Below, piece by piece: positions 18,167-26,340 of a DNA stretch of 58,243 bases. The DNA is from an uncultured Gammaproteobacteria bacterium (lineage in GTDB: Bacteria; Patescibacteriota; Microgenomatia; UBA8517): the NCBI GenBank assembly GCA_964600575.1, contig CAZRJH010000006.1, positions 1-58,243 of the forward strand. The letters are read 5' to 3'. The position numbers and the translations under genes were made by a program. Numbering within the stretch: position 1 is the first letter of the stretch; every line of letters starts with the position of its first letter. The notes under the pieces are model-generated. The model was not told the DNA's origin. It did no database searches and saw only the letters and a list, made by a program, of their open reading frames with translations.

Positions 18167-19882
18167 ATGAATTTTGAAGAATTCGCAGGTTTTTTAAGCG
18201 AGTTAGAGGGAACCACAAAAAGACTCGAAATCACTGATATTCTTGCCAGACTCATTAAAGCTTCTTCGGTAACAGAAATCGACAAAGTACTTTTTTTGAG
18301 TTTGGGAACTTTAGCACCAAATTATGAAGGTGTTCTTTTGAATTTGGCGGAAAAGATGTCGATTCGTGTTTTGGCTCAAGCCTACGGCGTATCCGAGGAA
18401 AAAATTAAGGCGGATTATAAAAAAGCGGGTGATATTGGAGTTTTAGCCGAAAACCTGGCCAAAAATAATAAAAATACTTCTAATACAAGTGTAACTCAAG
18501 TATTTGAAACGCTTTTGGGAATTGCAGGGGATAACGGCGAAGGGAGTCAGGAGAGAAAAGTGGAAAAGCTTTCTAATCTTTTGAAAAATCTCGGTCCTCT
18601 TTCGGTGAGATTTGTTTCGAGATTTCCGACAGGAAACCTTCGGCTGGGATTTTCTGAAAAGACAGTGGTTGACGCTTTGTCTAAAGCAAGCGGTATCGAA
18701 GCTGTCAAGATCGAGGCGGCATATAACATTAGACCCGATATAGGTTATGTGGCCAAACTGGTAAAAGAGGGCAATCTTCAAAGTGCTAAACCGACTCTTG
18801 GAGTCCCAGTTGTTCCTATGTTGGCGCAGCGCCTTAATTCGACTTCTGAGATGATTAAAAAAATGGGCAGGGTTTCCGTTGAGCCCAAGTTTGACGGACT
18901 TAGGATATTTATACATTTTAGAAAAAGACATCCTTCGACAAGCTCGGGACAAGACTTCCTTAAGATCTTTACAAGGAATATGAATTCAATTGAAGTTGAA
19001 ACATTCCCCGAACTCAAAAATGTAGGAGATTTTATAAAGGCAGACGAAATAATCTTGGATACCGAGGCGATAGGAATTGATGAAAAAAGGGAAAAGTTTC
19101 TAGATTTTCAAAAAACTATACAAAGAAGAAGAAAACATGATGTTGAAAAAAACGCGGAAGAAATTCCTTTGCAGTTTCAGGTTTTTGATTTAATTTATGC
19201 AGACGGCAAAAGTTACATGGATGTTACCTATTTGGATAGGAGAGAAGCTTTAAAGAAATATGTGGTAAACGGTAAACTTTTAAGAATTGACGAGAACACT
19301 GTTACGGAAGATCCCGAGTTAATTAAAAACCTGCACCAAAAATATTTGAATATGAATTTAGAGGGTGTGGTAGTTAAGAAAGCCGAAGGAAAATATGTCA
19401 GCGGCAGGACGGGCTGGAACTGGGTAAAAATGAAAGAAGAAGAAGGGAGGCAGGGAAAACTTTCCGATACAATTGATTGTGTGGTGATGGGGTACACCGC
19501 CGGAAAAGGAAAAAGGGCCGGATTTGGAGTAGGCCAATTCTTGGCAGGAATAAAAGAAGGAGACATTTTTAAGACGGTAACCAAAGTGGGAACCGGTTTA
19601 ACCGACGATCAGTTTAAAGAGTTAAATAGTAGACTGGAAAAAATTGTTTCAGAAAAAATGCCACCAGATTACGAAGTTGATAAAGCATTAACCCCTGATA
19701 AATGGGTTTTACCAAAAGTGGTGGTAGAGCTTGCGGCGGATGAGATAACCGTTAGCCCTAACCACACCTCGGGATATGCACTAAGATTTCCCAGGCTTAT
19801 AAAATTTAGAGATGACAAATCTCCCAAAGATGCAACCACGGCTAAAGAAGTTCTTGCTATTATGAAATTACAGAAGAAATAG
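18167..19882 (+). CDS. ATP-dependent DNA ligase (Lig1/archaeal-type, with N-terminal DNA-binding domain)
   Basis: Adenylation motif I EPKFDGLR, motif EGVVVK, and an OB-domain end RFPRLIKFRDDK. I chose ATG 18167 (MNFEEFAGF) because the track's 18050 start would overlap the preceding membrane ORF. Confidence 0.9.
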   Translation: MNFEEFAGFLSELEGTTKRLEITDILARLIKASSVTEIDKVLFLSLGTLAPNYEGVLLNLAEKMSIRVLAQAYGVSEEKIKADYKKAGDIGVLAENLAKNNKNTSNTSVTQVFETLLGIAGDNGEGSQERKVEKLSNLLKNLGPLSVRFVSRFPTGNLRLGFSEKTVVDALSKASGIEAVKIEAAYNIRPDIGYVAKLVKEGNLQSAKPTLGVPVVPMLAQRLNSTSEMIKKMGRVSVEPKFDGLRIFIHFRKRHPSTSSGQDFLKIFTRNMNSIEVETFPELKNVGDFIKADEIILDTEAIGIDEKREKFLDFQKTIQRRRKHDVEKNAEEIPLQFQVFDLIYADGKSYMDVTYLDRREALKKYVVNGKLLRIDENTVTEDPELIKNLHQKYLNMNLEGVVVKKAEGKYVSGRTGWNWVKMKEEEGRQGKLSDTIDCVVMGYTAGKGKRAGFGVGQFLAGIKEGDIFKTVTKVGTGLTDDQFKELNSRLEKIVSEKMPPDYEVDKALTPDKWVLPKVVVELAADEITVSPNHTSGYALRFPRLIKFRDDKSPKDATTAKEVLAIMKLQKK

Positions 19883-19883
19883 T

Positions 19884-21272
19884 ATGCCTTTGAAAGACCA
19901 TAAAATAGACGAGATGCCGCTTCCTCCAAAGTTCAGTTCACTTTTAGGTCCTTCTTTTATTCTTTTGGGACTAGGACTTGGTAGCGGAGAGATAATTCTT
20001 TGGCCCTACTTAACTTCGAACTATGGAATGGGAATTATTTGGGGTGCAGTACTTGGAATTACATTGCAGTTTTTTATTAACATGGAAATCGAAAGATATT
20101 CTCTTGTGAGGGGAGAGAGCATCTTTGTTGGCTTTGCAAGAAAATTTAAATACTCTCCGTTATGGTTTATTTTCTCGACATTCATCGGTTTTGTTTGGCC
20201 CGGAATAGTGGCAGCCTCTGCAGTTTTAATTGCTTCGGCATTTGGATTTAACTCCAGTCATTTAATAGCGATTGGAATGTTGATTCTTATGGGAATTATC
20301 TTAACTTTAGGTCCAGTACTTTATAAAACAATGGAAAAATTTTCTATGCTCTTGATAGGACTGGGTGTTCCCGCAATATTTTTGTTGACGGTTTATTTGG
20401 CCAAATCTAATCATTGGGCGAGTTTGGCAATGGGTATTTTTGGGTATGGAGAAGGCTATAGATTTTTACCTGAGGGAATACCGATGGCGTCATTCTTGGC
20501 CGCTTTTGCTTTTTCCGGTGCAGGGGGAAACCTGAACCTGGCTCAATCTTTTTATATTAAAGAAAAAGGTTACGGTATGGGAAAGTACGGAGGACGGATT
20601 ACAAGCATTCTTACGGGTAAGGTTGAAAAAATAGCCCTTGAAGGAACACGCTTTGAAATGAACGGGGTAAACATAGAGAGATTTAGAAGCTGGTGGAGAC
20701 TTATGAATTGGGAACACCTCTTGGTCTTTTGGGCTACTGGGGCCATATCAATTTGTCTTCTAGGACTTCTTGCTTATGTAACTACTTTTGGCCAGGGTAG
20801 TACAGGCGGGGGAATAAACTTTATTCTTTTCGAGTCAGCTTCGATTGCCAAATTGTCATCTCCTTTTATAGGAACACTATTTTTACTGATCGGAGGGCTT
20901 ATGCTTTTTTCTACACAGATGACTGTAATGGATGCGACAAGTAGAATTATGTCCGAGAATCTTCTTATATTAATGAGGTCAAAGTGGGGAACTGACAAGT
21001 TGCCTAAGATTTACTACAGTTTTTTATGGGTCCAGATACTTCTTGGCATTGTAGTATTTTTGACAAAACTAAGGGAACCTTTGTTTCTTCTTACATTAGC
21101 GGCTGTAATCAACGCTATGGCAATGTTTGTGCATATAGGTGCCACTTTGAGTTTAAATATGAAAACTTTAGAAAGGCATGTTGCACCCGGTCTTTTTAGA
21201 GTGTTGGTTATGGCCTTTTCTTTTATATTTTTCGGATATTTTACTTTTAGAACAATAGCCTCTTATTTATGA
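19884..21272 (+). CDS. Nramp-related polytopic membrane transporter
   Basis: About 11 TM helices. The N-terminal LGPSFILLGLGLGSGEIILWPYLTSNYGMGIIWG resembles the Nramp/MntH first-helix region but carries GSGE instead of DPGN. Confidence 0.5.
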   Translation: MPLKDHKIDEMPLPPKFSSLLGPSFILLGLGLGSGEIILWPYLTSNYGMGIIWGAVLGITLQFFINMEIERYSLVRGESIFVGFARKFKYSPLWFIFSTFIGFVWPGIVAASAVLIASAFGFNSSHLIAIGMLILMGIILTLGPVLYKTMEKFSMLLIGLGVPAIFLLTVYLAKSNHWASLAMGIFGYGEGYRFLPEGIPMASFLAAFAFSGAGGNLNLAQSFYIKEKGYGMGKYGGRITSILTGKVEKIALEGTRFEMNGVNIERFRSWWRLMNWEHLLVFWATGAISICLLGLLAYVTTFGQGSTGGGINFILFESASIAKLSSPFIGTLFLLIGGLMLFSTQMTVMDATSRIMSENLLILMRSKWGTDKLPKIYYSFLWVQILLGIVVFLTKLREPLFLLTLAAVINAMAMFVHIGATLSLNMKTLERHVAPGLFRVLVMAFSFIFFGYFTFRTIASYL

Positions 21273-21310
21273 TTTTTGTGAATTAGCCGTTTGTGTGGTA
21301 ATCTTTCGGC

Positions 21311-21676
21311 ATGGAAAGGGACTATCTTTACGAAAGACCCATTAAGCACAACACCGAAACCCCCAGAGAATGCCAGATTAGGGCGATGTACCACACATTT
21401 ATGAACGAACAAATTCCTCAGGATGTTTACGAGGCGATTCTTCAGTCCTCAGAACGCAACAGAGATCTTGTAAAACAATCAATGGATACAATAAACAAAA
21501 CAGCTGGAACCGAAATGGGTGAGAAGTTGACAAAGCTAAGCATGATGGCTTTAGCCGGCGCCATTGCAGGATCAAGCGGAATAAACGGACCCAAAGCGGC
21601 AAAAAGAAGACTTGATTACCTTGGAAAATATTTTGAGAGCTACGCTTACTCCCAACTTTTAGGCCCGACAGAGTGA
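21311..21676 (+). CDS. Hypothetical protein (121 aa)
   Basis: ORF only. Confidence 0.4.
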   Translation: MERDYLYERPIKHNTETPRECQIRAMYHTFMNEQIPQDVYEAILQSSERNRDLVKQSMDTINKTAGTEMGEKLTKLSMMALAGAIAGSSGINGPKAAKRRLDYLGKYFESYAYSQLLGPTE

Positions 21677-21752
21677 AAATGATGCGAAGAGGATGTCATT
21701 GACCGAGCATAATAGTTGTGAAAAGATAGATAAAGAGAGAAGGTGATATTTA

Positions 21753-22076
21753 ATGGCAACAGGTCTTAAGAAAGAAACTTCGGCAGCTCTTTGTGTACTA
21801 TTGGGTCCCACTTTGGTTGTGCCCGTTCTTTTTATTCTTTTAGAAAAGGATGAGTTTGTTAAGTTTTGGGCATTTCAATCTATAGTGGTGTTCCTTGCTT
21901 TGTTTATCCTTAAATGGGTCTTGGTTTTGACTATTTTCCTTGTGATGCTTGTACCTTTGGTATTTGTATTAGGAATGGTTTTGTGGTTGATAATGACTTA
22001 CAAAGCTTGGCAAGGCGAAAAATGGGAAGTTCCATTTATTGGAAAATTGACTATACAACTAATGAAAAAAGCATAA
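21753..22076 (+). CDS. Small membrane protein, DUF4870-like
   Basis: SD-like GAAGGTGAT lies 8 nt upstream. LLEKDEFVKFWAFQSIVVF ... YKAWQGEKWEVPFIG resembles the DUF4870 pattern. Confidence 0.45.
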   Translation: MATGLKKETSAALCVLLGPTLVVPVLFILLEKDEFVKFWAFQSIVVFLALFILKWVLVLTIFLVMLVPLVFVLGMVLWLIMTYKAWQGEKWEVPFIGKLTIQLMKKA

Positions 22077-22158
22077 GCCTTTTTCCAACTATGTTGTGAA
22101 AAAAGCATAGCTTTCTTTAGCTACGCCGTAAAAACGGCATAAGGCTTTGATTACAGTT

Positions 22159-22197
22159 GCAAACAAGATGTCTTTTAAGACATCTTGTTTGTTTTTT
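22159..22197 (+). terminator. Rho-independent terminator
   Basis: Perfect 12-bp stem AAACAAGATGTC / GACATCTTGTTT (22161-22172 and 22179-22190), loop TTTTAA, then GTTTTTT. Confidence 0.85.
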
Positions 22198-22254
22198 CGA
22201 TATAATCACATTAATGAAAGTTATAAGCACAGCTTGAACTTTTTAATCAAAATT

Positions 22255-22722
22255 ATGAAAGTTGTTATCGGACTCGGAAACCCGGGAGAGAAATACGGAA
22301 ATAATAGACACAATGCGGGGTACATGGCGGTTGCCGAACTTCAAAAGTTAAAAATACCGGATACCTTAGTTAGGCCAACTGATGTTTTTATGAACGAGTC
22401 GGGTGAATATGTTTCTAAAATTGAAGAAAAATATCATTTTGGCCCTACAGAACTTTATGTTATTCATGACGACCTGGATATAAAACTTGGGGAATATAAG
22501 ATCCAGTTTGGCAGAGGACCAAAGGTTCACAACGGACTTCTTAGCATTTACGAGAAACTGGGAACAAAAGATTTTTGGCATATTAGGATTGGTGTTGATT
22601 CAAGAGATCCCGAAGCTAGAATTCTAGGTGAGCAATATGTTTTAGAAGATTTTACTGACGAGGAAAAAGGTACCTTAAACAGAGTCATTTCTGAAATATG
22701 CAAAAAACTGGAGACGCTGTGA
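22255..22722 (+). CDS. pth: Peptidyl-tRNA hydrolase
   Basis: MKVVIGLGNPGEKYGNNRHNAGYM is the canonical Pth N-terminus. The track's 22147 start would run through the terminator hairpin. Confidence 0.9.
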   Translation: MKVVIGLGNPGEKYGNNRHNAGYMAVAELQKLKIPDTLVRPTDVFMNESGEYVSKIEEKYHFGPTELYVIHDDLDIKLGEYKIQFGRGPKVHNGLLSIYEKLGTKDFWHIRIGVDSRDPEARILGEQYVLEDFTDEEKGTLNRVISEICKKLETL

Positions 22723-23039
22723 TTCAAAAGTCGACGAGAAAAAATTCTAACTTTCAGAAACTTGGTGATGTCATAAATAAATACAAGTTGGAGGATAAAG
22801 ACAAATATATATCCAGGGAGTTTCAGAAATATGCTTACGAGCTTGCGGAAGAGTTAAACGATCTTGCACATAAGTCTTTGTATATGCGCCTTGCCAAGTC
22901 CACCCCGAGAGTTCTTTTGGAAAACGCCAGAAGCTTTGTAAAAGATGCCCTGAACGCAAAATCAAAAGGCAGGCTCTTCATGTGGAAGTTGGGTGAACTT
23001 AAAAAACTTCAAAAGGAAAAAGATTCAAAAGCAAAATGA
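22698..23039 (+). CDS. Hypothetical helical protein (113 aa), translationally coupled to the Atl gene
   Basis: Overlaps the pth 3' end by 25 nt. Its stop overlaps the next start (ATGA at 23036-23039). Confidence 0.45.
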   Translation: MQKTGDAVIQKSTRKNSNFQKLGDVINKYKLEDKDKYISREFQKYAYELAEELNDLAHKSLYMRLAKSTPRVLLENARSFVKDALNAKSKGRLFMWKLGELKKLQKEKDSKAK

Positions 23040-23425
23040 CTTCTCTTTTTAAAAAAAGAATTTTGGAAGTTGTTTCCAAAGTACCGTACGGTAATGTTGT
23101 TAGTTACGGACAAGTTGCACTCTATGTAGGAGTACCAAGAGGAGCCAGGCAAGTAGGCTGGATTTTAAACGGCAGTGAAGGAGTAGAAATTCCTTGGTGG
23201 AGGGTGGTAAACAATAAAGGTCTTATAACCATAAAAGGTTCAAAATATTCCAATGTTGAACAAAGAAATCTTCTTTTGGGTGAGGGAGTTGAAGTTAACA
23301 AAGATTTTTACTTAGATATGGAAAAATTCCGTTTTAGGCCAAATTTGGATTTTATAAAATCTTTAAAATTAGATAGAGACTATCTGGAAATGTTGGCCGA
23401 CAAAATTCAGTTTTCCCGAGGCTAG
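23036..23425 (+). CDS. Alkyltransferase-like protein (Atl; MGMT DNA-binding domain lacking the acceptor Cys)
   Basis: VPYGNVVSYGQVA...ARQVG...IPWWRVV. The PCHR active site is replaced by PWWR, as in E. coli YbaZ-type Atl proteins. Confidence 0.8.
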   Translation: MTSLFKKRILEVVSKVPYGNVVSYGQVALYVGVPRGARQVGWILNGSEGVEIPWWRVVNNKGLITIKGSKYSNVEQRNLLLGEGVEVNKDFYLDMEKFRFRPNLDFIKSLKLDRDYLEMLADKIQFSRG

Positions 23426-23444
23426 TATCTGATATACTGGATTA

Positions 23445-23984
23445 ATGACTGCCATTAGAAAAGAAATTTTAACCCATTTTGTTTATTGGTTTGCTTTATC
23501 TCTCTTTTTTGCCGTAATTCACAAGCATTTATCCTTGACTTATTTGCCGTTTTGGATAGGGGGACTGTTTGGTTTATTCCTACCGGATCTGGACCACCTG
23601 ATTTATATATATACAAGGCCCCAGGAGCTTACTTCTAAAAGAGTCGGAATGCATACGGATAAAAAAGAAATATGGAAAGCCGTTGCGCTTTTGTACGATA
23701 CCCGAAGCGAGAGGAAAAACCTGATTTTTCATACCGTATTTTTCCAGGTTCTTTTTGTGATTTTGACTTTTTGGATAATGAGTTCTTCGGGCTCCATGTT
23801 TGGAAGAGGATTGGTATTTTCTTTTGCTATACATCTTCTGGTTGACCAAATAATAGACATTATTGAACTTGGTAGTTTTGATAACTGGCTAAATACTTTT
23901 CCGATAAAAATGACTTTTGAGCAGTCTAAAATTTACTGGGTTATCATGGCCGTTATAAATTTAATAATCGGGCTTTTCATTTGA
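23445..23984 (+). CDS. Polytopic membrane protein, possibly YdjM/DUF457-like metal-dependent hydrolase
   Basis: LPDLDHLIY motif after the first TM helices. Several His/Asp residues lie near the membrane faces. Confidence 0.4.
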   Translation: MTAIRKEILTHFVYWFALSLFFAVIHKHLSLTYLPFWIGGLFGLFLPDLDHLIYIYTRPQELTSKRVGMHTDKKEIWKAVALLYDTRSERKNLIFHTVFFQVLFVILTFWIMSSSGSMFGRGLVFSFAIHLLVDQIIDIIELGSFDNWLNTFPIKMTFEQSKIYWVIMAVINLIIGLFI

Positions 23985-24020
23985 AAATTATTGTAGTAGT
24001 ATCGACTACGACAACCAATT

Positions 24021-25271
24021 ATGAACGCTATGCTAAAAGCTGCTTTAGAGCAGATTAAAAACACCTCCGCGCTGTTAGAAGAAGATTACTCCGACAAAAA
24101 AAGACTCAAAAAAGCTATTGAAGTTGTGCTGACTCCTCAGCGCGTTATAAAAGGAAAGATAAAGGCCGGCAAAAAAACATATCAGGCTTTTAGAATTGAA
24201 CACAATGACGCAAGAGGGCCGTTTAAAGGCGGCATTAGGTTCCACCAAAATGTTAGTCAGGACGAAGTTCAGGCTTTGGCAACACTAATGAGTCTTAAAT
24301 GTTCCGTTGCCGGAATTCCTTACGGCGGAGGGAAGGGTGGAATAATTGTTGACCCTTCCAAGTTGACACACGCCGAGTTGAAAGAACTTTCAACTGAGTA
24401 TGCAAAACTAATTGCTCCGTACATTGGTCCTTGGAAAGATGTTCCTGCTCCTGATGTTAATACAGACGGACAGATAATGTCCTGGATGCTTGAGGCTTAT
24501 GAAAAAAAGACGGGCCAACAAGCTCCTGCAACGTTTACAGGTAAGCCTTTGGAACTTGGCGGGTCACTCGGGAGAACTGAGGCAACAGGTCAGGGAGGAG
24601 TTTTTGTTTTGATGGCTTACGCTAAAGCCAATGGAATCAAAAAAGGAGCAACTATTGCCGTACAGGGTTTTGGAAATGTCGGCTTTTGGTTTGCGAAATT
24701 GGCAACCGCTGCCGGATTCAAGGTTGTGGCAATATCCGACTCCAGTTCGGGAGTTTATGACAAAAAAGGATTGAATGTTGATAAGCTTTTGGTGATCAAA
24801 GAGAAATACGGCAGCTTTGCCGCGGCAGGGAAGAAAGAGAAACTTACACTCATCACAAACTCCGAACTTTTGGAACTCTCTGTTGATGTTTTGGTGCCCG
24901 CGGCACTAGAAAACGCAATCAACGAAGAGAATATGGAAAAAATCTCAGCAAAAGTTGTTTTTGAGATGGCAAACGGACCAACTACGAGCGAGGCCGACAG
25001 ATATCTTTTTGAAAAGGATATAGATGTGATCCCTGACATATTAGCTAACTCCGGAGGAGTTACTGTAAGTTATTTTGAATGGGTCCAAAACTTGCACGGG
25101 TATTATTGGACAAAAGAGAGGGTAAATGACGAACTAAAACAGACTATTACAAAAGCTTTTAACGATATAGATAAAGTAAAAAAGGCAAAGAGAATTTCCT
25201 ACAGAAGAGCCGCCAATTACATCTCACTCAAGCGCATTATTGATGCAATGATTTTGAGGGGTAGAGTTTAA
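24021..25271 (+). CDS. gdh: Glutamate dehydrogenase (Glu/Leu/Phe/Val dehydrogenase family)
   Basis: KGGIRFH, GIPYGGGKGG, and dinucleotide fold VQGFGNVG. Confidence 0.92.
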   Translation: MNAMLKAALEQIKNTSALLEEDYSDKKRLKKAIEVVLTPQRVIKGKIKAGKKTYQAFRIEHNDARGPFKGGIRFHQNVSQDEVQALATLMSLKCSVAGIPYGGGKGGIIVDPSKLTHAELKELSTEYAKLIAPYIGPWKDVPAPDVNTDGQIMSWMLEAYEKKTGQQAPATFTGKPLELGGSLGRTEATGQGGVFVLMAYAKANGIKKGATIAVQGFGNVGFWFAKLATAAGFKVVAISDSSSGVYDKKGLNVDKLLVIKEKYGSFAAAGKKEKLTLITNSELLELSVDVLVPAALENAINEENMEKISAKVVFEMANGPTTSEADRYLFEKDIDVIPDILANSGGVTVSYFEWVQNLHGYYWTKERVNDELKQTITKAFNDIDKVKKAKRISYRRAANYISLKRIIDAMILRGRV

Positions 25272-25305
25272 GCTTCGCCACCGCTTCGTGATATAATCCC
25301 CCCTT

Positions 25306-26076
25306 ATGGAAAGGTTTTTGTCCGAAAACAAGGAAAAAAATGGAGATCATGCCGCATTTAGTATGGCGATTGCCGCAGTGCAAGGAAGCTGGAACAAAGG
25401 AACTAGGCAGGTTTTACTCAGCAATGTTCGAGAGCAGGTGGGGTTGTTTCCAGAAAACGGAAGTATAGTGGAAACTGCAATTTTAGGCGTTGTTGAAAAG
25501 TTGACCGAGAGCTTGATTGGAGAGGGTAGTATGGCTAGTGTCCTGTTCAAAAAATCGATAATGTTACCCGCACACGACCGCGGTCTTATATTGGCGGGTC
25601 ACATTTTTGGAATTTTGGGTAGTGAGGCTGCTCACGATTGGGAAACAGCAACTTTACTAAATCAAAGTATGGTTTCGGGCGTAAGCTTTGAAACTACTAT
25701 CCAAAATCTTAAAAAAGGTTTTGAAAAGTTTAACTCCGGTATTTTGGGTTTACTGGCAAAATTTTCCGATCACGCTGATAAATCTGATGACGAAGCAAAT
25801 GGAGAGGGGATAATTAATCATCTTAGAGGTATTTACGGAGGAAGTAGAGAAGGGCTTGTGCAAAACAAAATTAATCTTGAGAAAGTTATTCTTGAAGATT
25901 TGGATAAAAAGTTGGGCAGTAAAAGTGCTGCAGATTTGCAACTTGTTTTGGACCGGCTGAACATGTCAACCGACGATGCTGTTCTTAGAGAATCCGTTGA
26001 AAGCGCTAAAAAAATTATTAAAGACTCCTTAAAAAGAAAGTCGGAAAGTTTAAACTCACTTCTTGAAACTATTTAA
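25306..26076 (+). CDS. Hypothetical soluble protein (256 aa)
   Basis: ORF only. An extended -10 TGATATAAT (25289-25297) lies 8 nt upstream of the ATG. Confidence 0.45.
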   Translation: MERFLSENKEKNGDHAAFSMAIAAVQGSWNKGTRQVLLSNVREQVGLFPENGSIVETAILGVVEKLTESLIGEGSMASVLFKKSIMLPAHDRGLILAGHIFGILGSEAAHDWETATLLNQSMVSGVSFETTIQNLKKGFEKFNSGILGLLAKFSDHADKSDDEANGEGIINHLRGIYGGSREGLVQNKINLEKVILEDLDKKLGSKSAADLQLVLDRLNMSTDDAVLRESVESAKKIIKDSLKRKSESLNSLLETI

Positions 26077-26107
26077 ACTTCGGGTGATAATCTTAATGTA
26101 ATCGATT

Positions 26108-26129
26108 CATATTCGTATAAGCGAATATG
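26108..26129. promoter_or_regulatory. Perfect 8-bp inverted repeat CATATTCG-N6-CGAATATG (candidate operator) upstream of the metal-locus mini-ORFs
   Basis: Arms at 26108-26115 and 26122-26129. No following T-run, so it is unlikely to be a terminator. Confidence 0.4.
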
Positions 26130-26175
26130 TTAATCTAATATATGTGCTACAGCGAAGCTAAGCACAACTAAAACT

Positions 26176-26340
26176 ATGTGCTACAACTGCGGTTGCGATA
26201 ACCCCGACGATAATATGGGTAATGCTGATAACATTACCAGCATTACATTTGAAAAGGCTGCTAAAGCTTGGGGGCAAACCAAAGAAGATGCTATGAGTAA
26301 TACCCTCAAGCTCCTAATTAAAAAACTTAAAGTCAAATGA
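26176..26340 (+). CDS. Unannotated 54-aa Cys-rich mini-protein (MCYNCGCDNPDDNMGNADNITS...)
   Basis: My own translation; the ORF is below the track's size cut-off. Its TGA overlaps the ATG of the next gene (ATGA at 26337-26340). It is preceded by a 9-codon ORF (26142-26171) that also begins MCY. Confidence 0.5.
   Translation: MCYNCGCDNPDDNMGNADNITSITFEKAAKAWGQTKEDAMSNTLKLLIKKLKVK

Noticed and set aside
22147-22254. N-terminal extension of pth
   Set aside because: It would be translated through a perfect 12-bp terminator hairpin. The canonical Pth N-terminus MKVVIGLGNPG begins at 22255.
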